Source of the DNA: Lama glama
Lineage: Eukaryota
DNA: 64,000 bases
NCBI GenBank assembly: GCA_028534125.1
Contig: CM052832.1
Span: forward strand, 14,448,001-14,512,000
Direction: 5' to 3'
Shown: positions 26,820 to 38,954 of the stretch, in pieces
How positions within the stretch are numbered: the stretch's first letter is position 1
Layout: each line of letters opens with the position of its first letter
Translations under genes and position numbers: made by a program
The notes under the pieces: model-generated
The model's database searches: none
What the model saw: the letters and a program-made list of their open reading frames with translations, nothing else
Told to the model about the DNA's origin: nothing

Positions 26820-29293
26820 GCCCTAGAGCAAGAAACTCACTGAGGAGGGGATTATTTAGATCATACGTAGACAGTTTCAGGAACACACAGAATTATCTTT
26901 GGTGCAAGAAAGCTGAAGAGAGGTTTGCCATGGTCCCTGCAGTATTTTCAGTATTGTTTACACTCCAAAGTCCTATTCATGCCTGACAGTCAATGTTCCT
27001 ACAGGGAAGGGAGTGCAAACCTGAGACAGGAGTTGGCCTTCAGGCTCATTCCCTGACTAGTGGGTTAGTTTGCTGTGTTGCTAGAATAAGAGCATTTTCA
27101 AAAGTCAGGGTAGAGGTGAAAGTTGAATTATGTGAGAGCCGCAGAGAAATCTGTAAGGAAAGACACTTCTCATGTTTTAGGAGCTGCCAGGGTTAGCCAG
27201 CATGTGGCATCCCTGATCTCTCTGTTAAAACATACTTCACTGCTCCGGATTATATCTTGATAAACTGATCATTTCCATAGTCCCGGCAACCAGATGGATC
27301 CCAATGGCAATGGCTGCAAAACAAGCTTGTACGGTCAAGCCAAACAGAGCTAAAATTTAGATCAGATTTCCCACTAAGTCTGCTTTCCCCACCCTTCGGT
27401 GCTCCAGAAGTGCAGAAACAAGCCTGGTACCAGGGCCACCTTGTAAGGAGGACAACAGCCAACAGAGCAGACCCATAATCTCACCAGTTATCCAACCATG
27501 GCTCTCAAGTAGCTGAGGAAAAATAAAATCAAGCACGACAACAACAAAAATGGCCTGTCCTAGAAGCCTTCCCAAGGCTAAAGGAGCCTAGAAAGAATAA
27601 TATGAAAGCTTTTTGTGGAAGAGTGATCACCAGAGACTCTGGGAGGAAAAAGAATCATGGGTCTCTTTTCTATCATGAAAACTTTGGCCCAGGGGCCTGG
27701 AAGTACAAAGCTGACTTAACCATACCATCCGCTGTGTTTACAAGATGTAGAGCAGTCCCTGGCCACACTTAATTACTAAGGGCCAGGAAGGCAGCACAGC
27801 CACAACATACTCAAGTGAAAATGGCAAAGCATGCATCCCGAGATGCATCAGTTTCCACTTAGCAGGACCATAGGAGGCTAGATTCCTAGAGTGGGATGAA
27901 TGAAGACTGTGTAAATCAGTGGCTAACCTCACAGGAACTTGGTCATTCAAAGCCTACTTCAGTAACCTTGTGTTCTTCTCGCAAAGTCTCCAGCTCCCTC
28001 TAATGGGTATCACCTGTAAGTGCCTCTTAAAGCAAAGCCTTCCTCCTCAGCTGGATTTGCCTAATTCATTTGTTCCTAACAGTGAAAGAAGTGGCGGGGG
28101 GAGAAACTAGCTTTGTCTGCAGAAGCACTAGGTGAGTGATGCTCAGCATACGCACTTGCTTTCACCACAGACAAGGAGTTAATCATCATCCTTGAGAACA
28201 CCCACTCTGGGGGGCTCCCACAAGATTAGCAGGCCTTTCCAAAATCCATACGGAAATGCTGGGACTATTCCAAGGACAGGGCAAGGAGTCTAACAGAAAA
28301 GAACACCAAAAAACATCAGGCCATTCCCAGGGCACTTATGAAAAGCCCAAGGATCACCCTGCAGCCAAAATATCATCAAAATGATCATATGCCAGATTAG
28401 CAAGAAAAGGGAAGGGCCGGCCTCTTACATCTAACAGGAAGAAGAGACAGACACCTAAAAATATGCTCAAGGTGGAATTATCACTAGATCCTCTTAGACC
28501 AGTGGCCTGTTTATTAAGAGTGCAGTGTTCAAAACCTCCAATCACTGTGCCTGACAATGCAGAAAGGAAGGGCCACAGGACAATTGATTCAGGCTTAGGT
28601 GCAAATTAAAACACCAGGGGAGAAAGTGATTCTGGAGGACAATGTACAAGGCTGGAAGCAGAAGCAAGTATTAGAGAAAGAAGCAGTCAGATGGGAAGGA
28701 TGACCTTTAGAGGGAAAAATGCAGGGTTGTCCACAACCTACTATTTCAATGGCTAGAGGGTTATAATTGGGAAAAACAGGAATGGCCCCATACTAATCAA
28801 TGTCAGATGAAACCTTGCTACCACCCTGCTGAATACAGAACCTGTCCAAATCCAAACGGTAATCCTTCCAGGGCAAATGGAAAGTGAGCATGTACTCAGG
28901 GCAGACAGGAACTTATTTCAGCCAGCCTTTCGTCATCAGAACTGCTCTCCAGAAAGAAACAGAGACTATATAGCAAAGACCCCAAAGACAGAAGCAGTAC
29001 AAAGACTAAACAGAAATAAAATGTGTTAAATTGCTCTAAGGCCAAAAAAGTAATAGAAAGATACAAATGGGTTATACTGAAACTGGAAAAACTAAAATTC
29101 TACCTCAACATGATTTGTATGGTTTAATCACATTAAGCAAAAAGGAGATGTAGAGAGCCCCCGGGAGAAGAGGGGGAGCAGGACCCAGGCCTCTGAAATG
29201 CAGCTAGCACAGGGCGGTCCCACTTCCTCTCCCCAGCTCCCCACGGGAGCCCAGGCTGACAGCAGAATCCCCGTGCGGGGCGCAGCCACATAC

Positions 29294-29490
29294 AGGCCTC
29301 ACTCCAGCGGCCTTCGCTCCAGCCGCCTCGGCCTCCCTGTTCACAGAGTCTCGGTCAGACGAGCGCCCGCTGGCTGTGCTGTCCAACGAATGGCAGGAGA
29401 CAGCGTTGTACAGTGCCTCGTAGGGCCCCTCCTCCTCCGTGTTTGTGTCAAAATCGATGACCAATTCAGTCACTGCCTTCTCCACGTCAC
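29294..29490 (-). CDS. ANKS1A: ANKS1A exon 8 (197 nt): (G)[32 protein letters not shown]...AAGVRP
   Basis: Acceptor ctcttcag|GTGACG and donor AGGCCT|gtatgt; lies within ORF 29204..29719. Confidence 0.96.
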
Positions 29491-30810
29491 CTGAAGAGGG
29501 GTTAGAAGGCAAGAGAGTTGGTGAGAGGAGAGCACAGCTCGGATTTCCCACTGCTGCAACGACCCAAAGCCTGAATTTGACCAGTGCTAACCCAGAGCAG
29601 GAAAATAAATGACAGCTTTGCTCCATGAACAGGAATAAACACAGAGAGTGCCATCTGCTCTTCACGTCCCAAGACCTGCACAGATTTTTCTCTAATTCAA
29701 TACGCAAAATCTCTGACATCTATGAAGGATACCTCCCAAGACCTCCATAAATTTCAAAATACCTCAATACCATGATAGCATAAACTTAAACCACAAAATG
29801 GAGCAAAGTATAGCTCAAAAACTTCAGTTATCCTTTAAATTCTTAATAAGAACCTCCATGTGCTCAAGCGAAATAAGAATGCAAAGCCTTTCTGAGATGG
29901 AAGTGCTGTGCTGCTGTTAGACTCACTCACTGGGTAACTACAAGCCTCAGAGTTCTCGGGATCCAAATCTGTGACTCTGCGAAGTAACCAACTGTTATAG
30001 ACAGAGATCTCTGGGTCACTTGCAAATAGTCAAAACTGTAACTATAAAATCCTTGAAAGCTAAAAGCTTAGTGAACTACTAATCCCATTACTAGTAGATT
30101 ATAAGGTCAAGAAAAAAAAGTGTGACTGGGGAGAGAGACAAGGACTCCACAGTAAAGGCAAGTTGAGAACCCCTTAACCCTTACATCTCTGCCTTCCTCT
30201 GAAAAATCCCTTTCCTTTTTAGTGTCTGGCTTTGCTCTGTTTTTCTAGCCTTCCTCACCATGATTTTTATCTGGGGGAGGTGTCAGTCAGTGTTTTGTCC
30301 TTCTCATTCATCATACCTAGGATCCAAAAAGCTGCTCAATCAACCTGAAAAGGTGGATCCTGGCTAATGATGGAGAGGTTGGACTGCCCAAGCTAGCACC
30401 CAGATCACATTTGCTGCCATATACACAGCTACCAGCCAGATGACACTCAAATATTCACTGTGGGCCAACTATGTTGAAAGCATTAAAGTGTGTGTTAGGA
30501 AAAAAGGATTCACTGAGATTTGAATTCATCTTGCAATCATCCCATCTAGAACACACCCCAGAACAGATCAGAGAACCAACTCTAAAAGTAGAGAATAAAA
30601 TAAAGTAGGAAAGAAAAGGTCCACAGTCAAGGCGTTAGCCATGCCCAATAAAACTGCATATAGTAGTTGGAAAAAAATGAATTTGAATATAAACTTAAGT
30701 ACTCCCAGCCCCCTGAAATCATTACTTAAATTAAGATTTTCCATTCTGCCAAAGAAGGTTCAATTCCTTAAGCTGAGAGCCCCTTTGCTGGCAGAGAAGA
30801 GTTGACCTAC

Positions 30811-30912
30811 CCTGAGACTTCTGTGATATGCAGTCCATATTGGAGATGAGAGATGGCTGGAGTGTGGGGGTTTTATCTACCTCTTTTACACTTCTTTTTC
30901 CAGTCATGTGAT
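30811..30912 (-). CDS. ANKS1A: ANKS1A exon 7 (102 nt, phase 1-1): (D)[33 protein letters not shown]
   Basis: Acceptor ttccatgtag|ATCAC and donor TCAGG|gtaggt; lies within ORF 30731..30964. Confidence 0.95.
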
Positions 30913-31008
30913 CTACATGGAAAGACAAAAAAAAGCTGCACCAAATACAAATGCCTTGGGTCAACCAGCTTGTGCCCTGGTTGCCCTGGCAGAGAGAGGG
31001 ACTGATAC

Positions 31009-31110
31009 CTTCAATAAGTGCTGCTATCTGTTGGCTCTTCTGAGAAGGCAGTTCCCGGACAGTGTCTAGGGCAGTCAGTCCACGGTTATCTTTTATGTTG
31101 ACGTCAATCC
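31009..31110 (-). CDS. ANKS1A: ANKS1A exon 6 (102 nt, phase 1-1): (G)[33 protein letters not shown]
   Basis: Acceptor cctttctag|GGATTG and donor GAAG|gtatca; branch-like TACTCAC about 28 nt upstream of the acceptor. Confidence 0.96.
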
Positions 31111-31396
31111 CTAGAAAGGCACACCAGGTGGACCAGGTGAGTAAGCATTTTCAAGCTGGCCTCAAAGAGGGTCAAATTCCAGGACACCTCTTGCTCCCAG
31201 CAACAGAATCAACATTTTCATTGAAAGCATTTTTATCCAGCTATTCAACAATTTGTACATTTGCAACCAACCAGTAGAGACATACACATATTGAGTTCAA
31301 GTGCAGACAGCAAAAATCCCCCTCCAGAGATCCTAGTTGGGGGAAGGATCCCAACCCTGGCATGCTGTGTAGACAAGAGCGCTGCCAACCTCTCAC

Positions 31397-31472
31397 CTGC
31401 AGCCAGCAGGATTTGCACCACATCGGTCTTGCCAAACAAAGCAGCCTCATGCAAAGCACTGCCCTTCTCCGT
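31397..31472 (-). CDS. ANKS1A: ANKS1A exon 5 (76 nt): [25 protein letters not shown](G)
   Basis: Acceptor gctttccag|ACGGAG and donor GCAG|gtgaga; lies within ORF 31245..31541. Confidence 0.96.
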
Positions 31473-32239
31473 CTGGAAAGCAAACGAGAGCGCAGAGCAG
31501 GATGTCATCAGAACAGTGACCCCAGTTTGGCACAGTTCCACACGACAAACGGGACAGAGACAAGAAGGGACAGGAAAATAAAATAAACCACAGAAAATCC
31601 TCTGTCATTTTCTCTCCCACTTTTCTTGTCTGGATTCCAAAACCACAATTGTGGCCCGTACTTGGTCAGGGGTGTTTGATTTGTCACCAGGAATAACTGC
31701 ACAGTTACTCTTGGAGCCACCTATTGGTGACACTCCTCAAATTCCACCTTCCTCAGTGGAAGGAATGATGAGAAGAAAAACACAAGGAAAGACACCTTAA
31801 CTTCAATTGTGGTTTAGTAGATGCAAAGCCTAAGGAATGGCCACCAACCAGAACAGAGAAAGCTACCAACACAGGGAACTGCTAAGTCCCCTGTTGGCAA
31901 TCTCAAGCTGATGGGGCTCTGGAGGTGCTAACGGCGGAGTGAGAACACACCTAAAGGAAGAGAATGAAAGTATTCTAATCTCAAGAGAGTCCATCAGCAC
32001 ATCTTTTCAAGGTATAATGACCATGTCCGACCCTTGAAAAGAAACAAAAAATAACAGACTCACTTGAGGAGGTCCTTTATCTCTACAGTCTCACACTACA
32101 ATGAGTCAGCGAATGGAAGCATCTGACACGTGACGTGCGCCGACGTGCTAAACAGGCACACAGCCCAGCTGCATGGCACTTGTGCCTTTTCCACAATGAC
32201 TGAGCCCCTTGGGCCTGGCTGGTACATCTGCCCCGCTAC

Positions 32240-32536
32240 CTGGTAGTTGCTATCCATGCCGGCATCCAGGAGGACCTGGACCACGGCTCTGTGGCCGTTC
32301 CTCGCTGCCAAGTGCAGAGGGGTGTGCTTCTTAGTGTTGCAGCTCAAGAGGTTGGGGTGCGCGTTGAGGAGCATCTTCACCACCTCCAGTCGCCCGTAGA
32401 GCGCGGCCAGGTCCAGAGGTGTCTCGAATTTGTTGTTGCGCATGGTGGGGTCAGTGAGCTCCTCTAAGAGGACCTTTACCACCTCCGTGTGGCCGTACTG
32501 CGCTGCACAATGCAGGGCCGTCTCGTTGTCATTGTT
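32240..32536 (-). CDS. ANKS1A: ANKS1A exon 4 (297 nt, phase 0-0), three ankyrin repeats: [16 protein letters not shown]...DAGMDSNYQ
   Basis: Acceptor ctctttag|AACAAT and donor TACCAG|gtagcg; overlaps ORF 32096..32482. Confidence 0.97.
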
Positions 32537-35500
32537 CTAAAGAGTTAACAGGCGGGTGACATCAGAAAGGTGACTGGCAGACAGGTGGATGACTGGGACA
32601 ATCACACGTAAAACCATTGAAATTTAAATGAGAAAAATAGCAGCAATACTTGGGGACTAATAGAACTAAGTCAGAATCCAGTCAGATTCTCCTGCAAACA
32701 AGCCCGACTGCCCCAATTACCCTCATCTTGCCCCAGGTACCACAAGAGGGGAGCAGTCATCTCCTCAGCATTCGCAGTCTCCTCTGTGCCGTGAAGCAGT
32801 GTCTCCAGACCACAAGGAGAGCTGACCAGGGAACATGGCAGGCCTCAGGTGGAAGCCCTGGCACAATAGATGCCCATAACATCACTGCCATTGATTCATT
32901 TTAAACTTCAACTGGTTTTACAATTTCTATTCTGTGGTTCTGATTCTGGATTTGTTGACCATCCACTGCCTCACACACAAGCTTTTTTGAAAGAGATTGT
33001 CATCTGCGTAGCTTCTTGCATGCAAATCAATCAGCCAACAATGAAAGTTAACAGCAGAGCATCAAAAATCACTCTCAACACATCAGCTAACAGCCATTTC
33101 CAGGGGACAGAAGCACTTGAGCTCAGTCACAGGAACACGGGACCCTGATGCTGCCCTGAGCCTACTCCAGGAGCCCGTACCAATCAACCCATGCAGCATC
33201 TACAGCTATGCAGGGAAGTGTTTCTTAGGTAAGAAAGATACAATCAGACACCAGAAAGTTGGAATGTTTCATTTGTGTGAGAGGTGCAAAATATTCAAAA
33301 TTGTAACAATGCCATTAATTCAAATTCACAAACTCATGGTCCTCTAACGCCAATTTTGTTTCAAATTAAAGGTAGCACCTGTGATAAAACAGAAATTTGT
33401 GCTTTTTCAATCAGAAGCAAAATGTTAATTCTGCCCTTTTACTACTACTGACAAAGTGTAACTAGAGAAGGAATAAAGTAATTTCCATGATCTCTCTCTT
33501 TTTTTAGAGGCACTATCGAAAAGGATGATTCTCCCACAAGATTTTGAGATTCCTGAATTTATCCAGGAGGCTTCTGCCACTCTGGGAAAACAAAGTTTCT
33601 GAGGATGTGTGTCCTTCAGGTCAATATTGTGCACCTTTCAGTGGTCATAAGGTAAAAATTAAATGTTTCCCCAATTCCTTTAATTCTATTAATGACATTA
33701 AAAGTAACAGACTAGGAGTTACAAACATGCATGCAATTCCATCTGCTTTTGATCTGGCATTTGACTGCATCATTTTTTCCAGCTACATCAAGTGTATCAG
33801 AAAAAGAGCCAGAGCAACTGGGAACAAGGCCACAAGAGGCCAGAATGATAGCAAAGGAAAAATTGTAAATGAAACAAGGACAGAAAGGGTGGTAGCAGGA
33901 GCCACATGCAAAGATAAATGCACACAGATAAACAGAGGAAGCAGCACTGAGCTCTAACACAGCTCAAAGCGAGCAGCTGCTGAGAAAGTGCAGACAGACT
34001 TCCCCGGCCACAGAACACAATGGGTTAGCAATGGCCATCTGTGACCCAACTGGGCCCAATGGACGGATTCCTGTCAACCCGAAAGTCTGGAGGGAAGGAG
34101 AAATGCTAGGCAGGAAGTAAATCCTTGGGGTTCCCTGTGCCAAACAAACCATTCAGGCCATTCATGTGCCCATTTCCTATTAAGCTATGGCTTGAAAATA
34201 CTCAGAGCTGTTCACTTCACTTTCTCATTAAAAGAAAAGACAGCTACAGCAATGAAGACTCACAGGAGCCTCCTGCAGAGATATCCAGGGGCAGAGCTGC
34301 AACTCCAAGAAGTTTTAGAGGCTTCTCAGGGTTCTACCTCTCAAGATCAGCAAAACAGTAAGTGCCAAGAAGGTCAGCTTATTCCTATTAAAATTCCAAT
34401 CCCAAAAAACTCTTTTACTCTGAAGCAAATAACTGCTGTCTCTTTTACATCCAAGTTGTCTCCTAATAACCACGATAATCTGTAAAAAGCCTCTCATTAG
34501 GGCCTGAAGAACTGTAAAATTCTACACTATCCAGCAAGGGGGAAAAGTCTTCTCTGGTTTTTCACCAGAACCAAAGCAGCTACCACAAAGCTGCCTTGGG
34601 AAAGGCATGGTCTTCATCACTACCAGGCAAACTGCCTGCCTATGTTAAAAATGGCCCCACCATGTCTCTGCAGTTCATACTCACAGTGTAGAAAGCATCT
34701 TATTTATGTTTCAGTCTTGCCAGACATAGTCTGGGAATTATAATACTCTTGAGTTTGTGCCTGTGGTGAACACATCTCTCAATGATTGAACACAGGCCAT
34801 CTCAGTGAGCTCTTACTACTGTTTTCCCTTTGAGCCCGACAACTATCAGGGCAAGAAGTCACTAAGTGTTGGATTCATGGACCCACAAGAAAGGGAGGGA
34901 TTCCAGGGCAGGCACAGACTCCCGACCACCTGGAATCCTTCTCTTTCACATCTTTTAAATCACACCATGGGTGCTCACAACACCTCAAGAGTACCCAGAA
35001 TCCTATTACTATGAACCTGGACTAAGGAAGGGGACTGAGGTGAAATACCCCAATTTTCCCCCAAAGTCTTTGCACAAACTCTCCATTCCTGCTCATCCTG
35101 AGACCCACTTTGATTTTTTTCCTTGCTGTGGTCACTAGTTCTAAGGGGGAAAAAAAAAAGATCCCTATACCCTTTACATCTGGAGACCCCCAGTATTTAT
35201 GCATTTTACAGACATACACTAACACAAACTACAAGCAGCAGAAAACCATCTAGAAACATTTCTATGGTCTTTGTCCCCTTGAACTATTCAAAACCATCAC
35301 CTCCCAGTGCTTAGATTACAGCCCAGCTGCACTCTTGTCCAATGTTGACAGATACCTAAGTTACACACACCGGAGCTACAGCTTTCTGTAGCAACGATGG
35401 TATAGGCTCTAGAAATACACCAAAACTAGAACAAAAGGACAACGTAGGCCTACTGAGATTTGGAAGACAAGGGGAAAACATAAGAACTGAGTCCATCATG

Positions 35501-35749
35501 TGAGAGAAGAGTTAGACTTATTCTATAAAGCTCTGAAGGCAGAACTCTGACCAACAGATGGAACATTTAGGAAGACAGATGCCAACCAAACATAAGAAAC
35601 CAAAAATCAGTGGAATCTAAAAAGAGGCTGCCAAGCAGTAATTCTATTTGTTACTAGGAGAAACAAACAAACAAATAAAATAAAGGGTAGATGGCTTGCT
35701 TTTCAAGTGAGAAAAGAGGAATTCTGCTTTGGTGGAAAGTTAGCCTAGA

Positions 35750-36845
35750 TCAGTGGTTCTCAAACCAGCTTCGTTCTGGAATTACATGGGAACTTAAAAG
35801 TAACTGAGTCCCACTCCAGACCTGCCAAGGTAGCGCCTCAGAGGATAAAGCTCAGGCAAACTGGTATTAAAGTTACCAACCTAGCAGGCACCAATTTAAT
35901 CAAGCAATCATTCATCATCATTAAGAATGAAATAAACTGACATCATGTGCCTTGTGATGCAATGCACTAAAAGGACAGAACATCACGTTTGTAGCATTAA
36001 TGCCAAAAATATGTAACCTGAACCTAATCATGAGGAACTATCAGACAAACTCAGAGGGACAGTCTGAAAACAACTGGCCTATGCGCTTCAAAAATAGCAA
36101 TGTCATGAACAACTAAGAAAGGCTCCAGACTAGGCATGACTATGAACCAAGTCCTGGACCAGAAAAAGAAATTGCTCTAAAGGACACTGTTGAGACAACA
36201 GGCGAAATCTGAACATGGATTCTACATAACAGTATGGTATCAATGTTGAATTTTCTGAATTTGATCATTGTATTGTGGTTATGCCAAGTGAATGTCCTTG
36301 CTGAAGTATCTGGGGTTAAAGAGTCATGATGTTCATGACTTAATCTCAAATAGTTTATCATCGACTACAACAATAATTACATATATATAACAGAGAGAGA
36401 GAAAGGGAGAGGGATGGTGTGAGTGTCCTCAATGTGATGAAAGGGGAACAGGTGATGAGTCTAGGAGAACAGGACACTGCAGTTCATTGCATTGTTCCTG
36501 CCAGTTTTTGTAAGTTAGAAGTTTTTTCAAAATAAAAAGTGTTATTAAAGCTTGCTGCGTTAAAAATAGATTAAAAAAACAAAATTCTTCTGTACAGCAC
36601 AAAGAACTACATTCAACACCTTGTAATAATAGCCTTTAAGGAAAAAGAATATGAAAACGAATATATTATACATATATGCATGACTGGGACATTACACTGT
36701 ACACCAGAAATTGACATATTGTAACTGACTATACTTTAATAAAATTAAAAAAAAAAAGAACTCCTAAATAAATGGGGCGGGGGGGAGCTTTCTGGGTTAT
36801 TCCCATGCAATCAGACAAGCTGACCAGTATGTGGAGACAACTGGT
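35750..36845. mobile_element. MER5-like hAT element split by an old L1MC-like 3' end (~35875-36545, +) and a younger L1 3' end (~36585-36760, +)
   Basis: cagtggttctcaaac on the left, gagacaactg on the right, flanked by gcctagat/gtctagac; L1 3'UTR motifs and A tails in between. Confidence 0.65.
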
Positions 36846-37384
36846 CTAGACAGTTTCCAAGTCTCTTCTAGATCTAAAACTGTAGATTATTTTTAAGTGT
36901 ACAGAAAAGTAGATATATCATAAAACTGACCTGACTACTGCTCATCTTATGATATTCAGACTACGATAAAATTGTTTTAAAAGGGGGTAAATAAACAATC
37001 TTAGTAGTTCCACCTTATCTAAGGATGACTTACATTTGGATTGGTTTATGCTGACTTGCTAAAACAGGAAAGGCTCCAAATGTTGAAGAAGATAAAACCT
37101 CATGAAAACTATCTCTGCTCCCAGGAAAGGCATCTGAACTTCTTAATTTCTACAGGTGCCTGACAGGACTTAGCAAACACAAGCACTTTAGCAAAAACAA
37201 TTCCTAGACATGCCAGGTCAATAAAAATCCCTGAGTCAGCACAGAACCCAGGGAGGTTAGAATTGAATCAGCCCAAGAAGACGTTGCATTCTTGGCACAA
37301 CCCAAACAGCTTTATCCTTTAATGGAGTTCACATAATTTGGCCTTTGAGGGCGTGATGGGCAGGTTGGAGGCAAAGGGTAGTAG

Positions 37385-37772
37385 AACTGGCTCTCCGAAT
37401 CCACGGGTTCTGCCCCCGCAGAGTCAACCAACTGTGGATCAAAAATATTGGGGGGAAAAATCCAGAAAGTTCCAAAAAGCAAAACATAAATTTGCCACGT
37501 GGCAACTATTTACATAGCATGTATACTGTACTAGGTATTAAAAATAATCTGAAGATGATTTAAGGTATAAGACAGAATGGCTGAACACTGGAATTTGACA
37601 CAACACTGTAAAATGATTATGAATCAATAAAAAATGTAAAAAAAAAAAAGGTATAAGACAGAATGTAAGTAGGTTATATGCAAATACTATACCATTTTAT
37701 ACAAGGGATTTGAGCGTGCTATCCACAGGGGTCCTAGAACCAATACTCTCACGAATACTGAGGGAAGACTCT
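37385..37772. mobile_element. MER2-like (TcMar-Tigger) DNA transposon, host of the mini-L1
   Basis: Collinear with the 13240-13538 element (gggttctgc..., taggttatatgcaaatacta, ccattttatacaagg, actgaggga). Confidence 0.8.
37580..37647 (+). mobile_element. Extremely truncated (~68 nt) L1 3' terminus with 18-nt TSD
   Basis: acactggaatttgacacaacactgta...aataaa plus poly(A); TSD aaggtataagacagaatg at 37562-37579 and 37648-37665. Confidence 0.9.
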
Positions 37773-38094
37773 GAAGTACGTCCATACTCCATTTAGGCTA
37801 AACTCCTTCTTTGTGTGCAAAATCAAGGGACAGGAAAATGTGCTTTTAAGAGCCAAAGTCTTACCCTTTAATCAGAGCTCTATAAGCTAATTAAACTAAC
37901 CACCAAGTGGGAAAATGATCACTTCAAGGTGTCTCCTCACAAAACAAAACCCTGAAGAGACTAGTCGAACAATGTTGCATTAAGTTTCACCCACTAGTAA
38001 CAAAGATCAAATTCCAGAATGCTCTTTCAGAAATACCACATGGTATATACCTTTTAAAATTAGGACCTCAAATATTACTAGACATTTTTACTTC

Positions 38095-38290
38095 CTGTAC
38101 ATTATCTTATTTGAACTCCAAAACAATCCAGCAAGGTAAATGGAATACCCCATTTTACAGAAGAGGAAACTGAGGCTCAGAGAAATTATGTAACTTGTTC
38201 AAGTCAACACCAGTAAATGGCAGCACAGAATCCAAACTTGCGTCTGTCTCGGAAGACCTTGACCTGTGAGTTTTCCACTCTGCCACACAG
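38095..38290 (-). mobile_element. MIR SINE
   Basis: cccattttacagaagaggaaactgaggctcagaga core. Confidence 0.85.
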
Positions 38291-38696
38291 CTCCCCGAAA
38301 GAGAAGATAGAATATCTTTCTATTTCGAAGATTAGAAAACAGAAGTCAAAGAGTGAGCCAAAAACAAAAGCTAACCTGTTCCACCACCCCAGATCAAACT
38401 GCTTCTCCATCACTGGGGCTCAACAGTTGAAGGAAATCTCCCATAGAGCCTGCCAAGGTCCAGCCCATAGGAGCTTCACTTGCTAAATCAGTGTTTCTCA
38501 AAGAAAAACATGGAGTATCTGCCTTGTATTTGAAACATGCAGAAGGACCTTATGTTTCCCTTCCCAGTGGATGCTGTATTTAGGGCAAGTGAAAGGTAGC
38601 TGATGTGAATAATGCAGTGACTGTTTCCAAACTCCACACTGTTGCCAAAAAGTAAACCTCATTTGAATGAAAACCTGAGTCAAAAACAGCAGGTGA

Positions 38697-38954
38697 AGGG
38701 TGGGAAGGGATAGACTGGGAGTTCAAAATTTGTAGATACTGACAGGCATATGTAGAATAGATAAACAAGATTATACTGTATAGCACAGGGAAATATACAC
38801 AAGATCTTGTGGTAGCTCACAGTGGAAAAAAAAATGTGACAATGAATACACGTCTGTTCCTGTATAACTGAAAAATTGAGCTCTACACTGGAATTTGACA
38901 CAACATTGTATAATGACTATAACTCAATAAAAAAATGTTTTGGTTTTTTAAAAA
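38697..38954 (+). mobile_element. 5'-truncated young L1 3'UTR with TSD
   Basis: AATAAA and A tail; perfect 15-nt TSD aaaaacagcaggtga at 38682-38696 and 38955-38969. Confidence 0.93.

Noticed and set aside
28358..28430. Possible 73-nt cassette exon in intron 8 (cttcttcctgttag|ATGTAAG...GCAGG|gtgatc)
   Set aside because: Weak donor, an immediate in-frame stop after exon 8, and no other support from sequence alone
31134..31142. Perfect plus-strand donor CAGGTGAGT suggesting an antisense exon
   Set aside because: More simply the reverse complement of the exon 6 branch-point region (TACTCAC)
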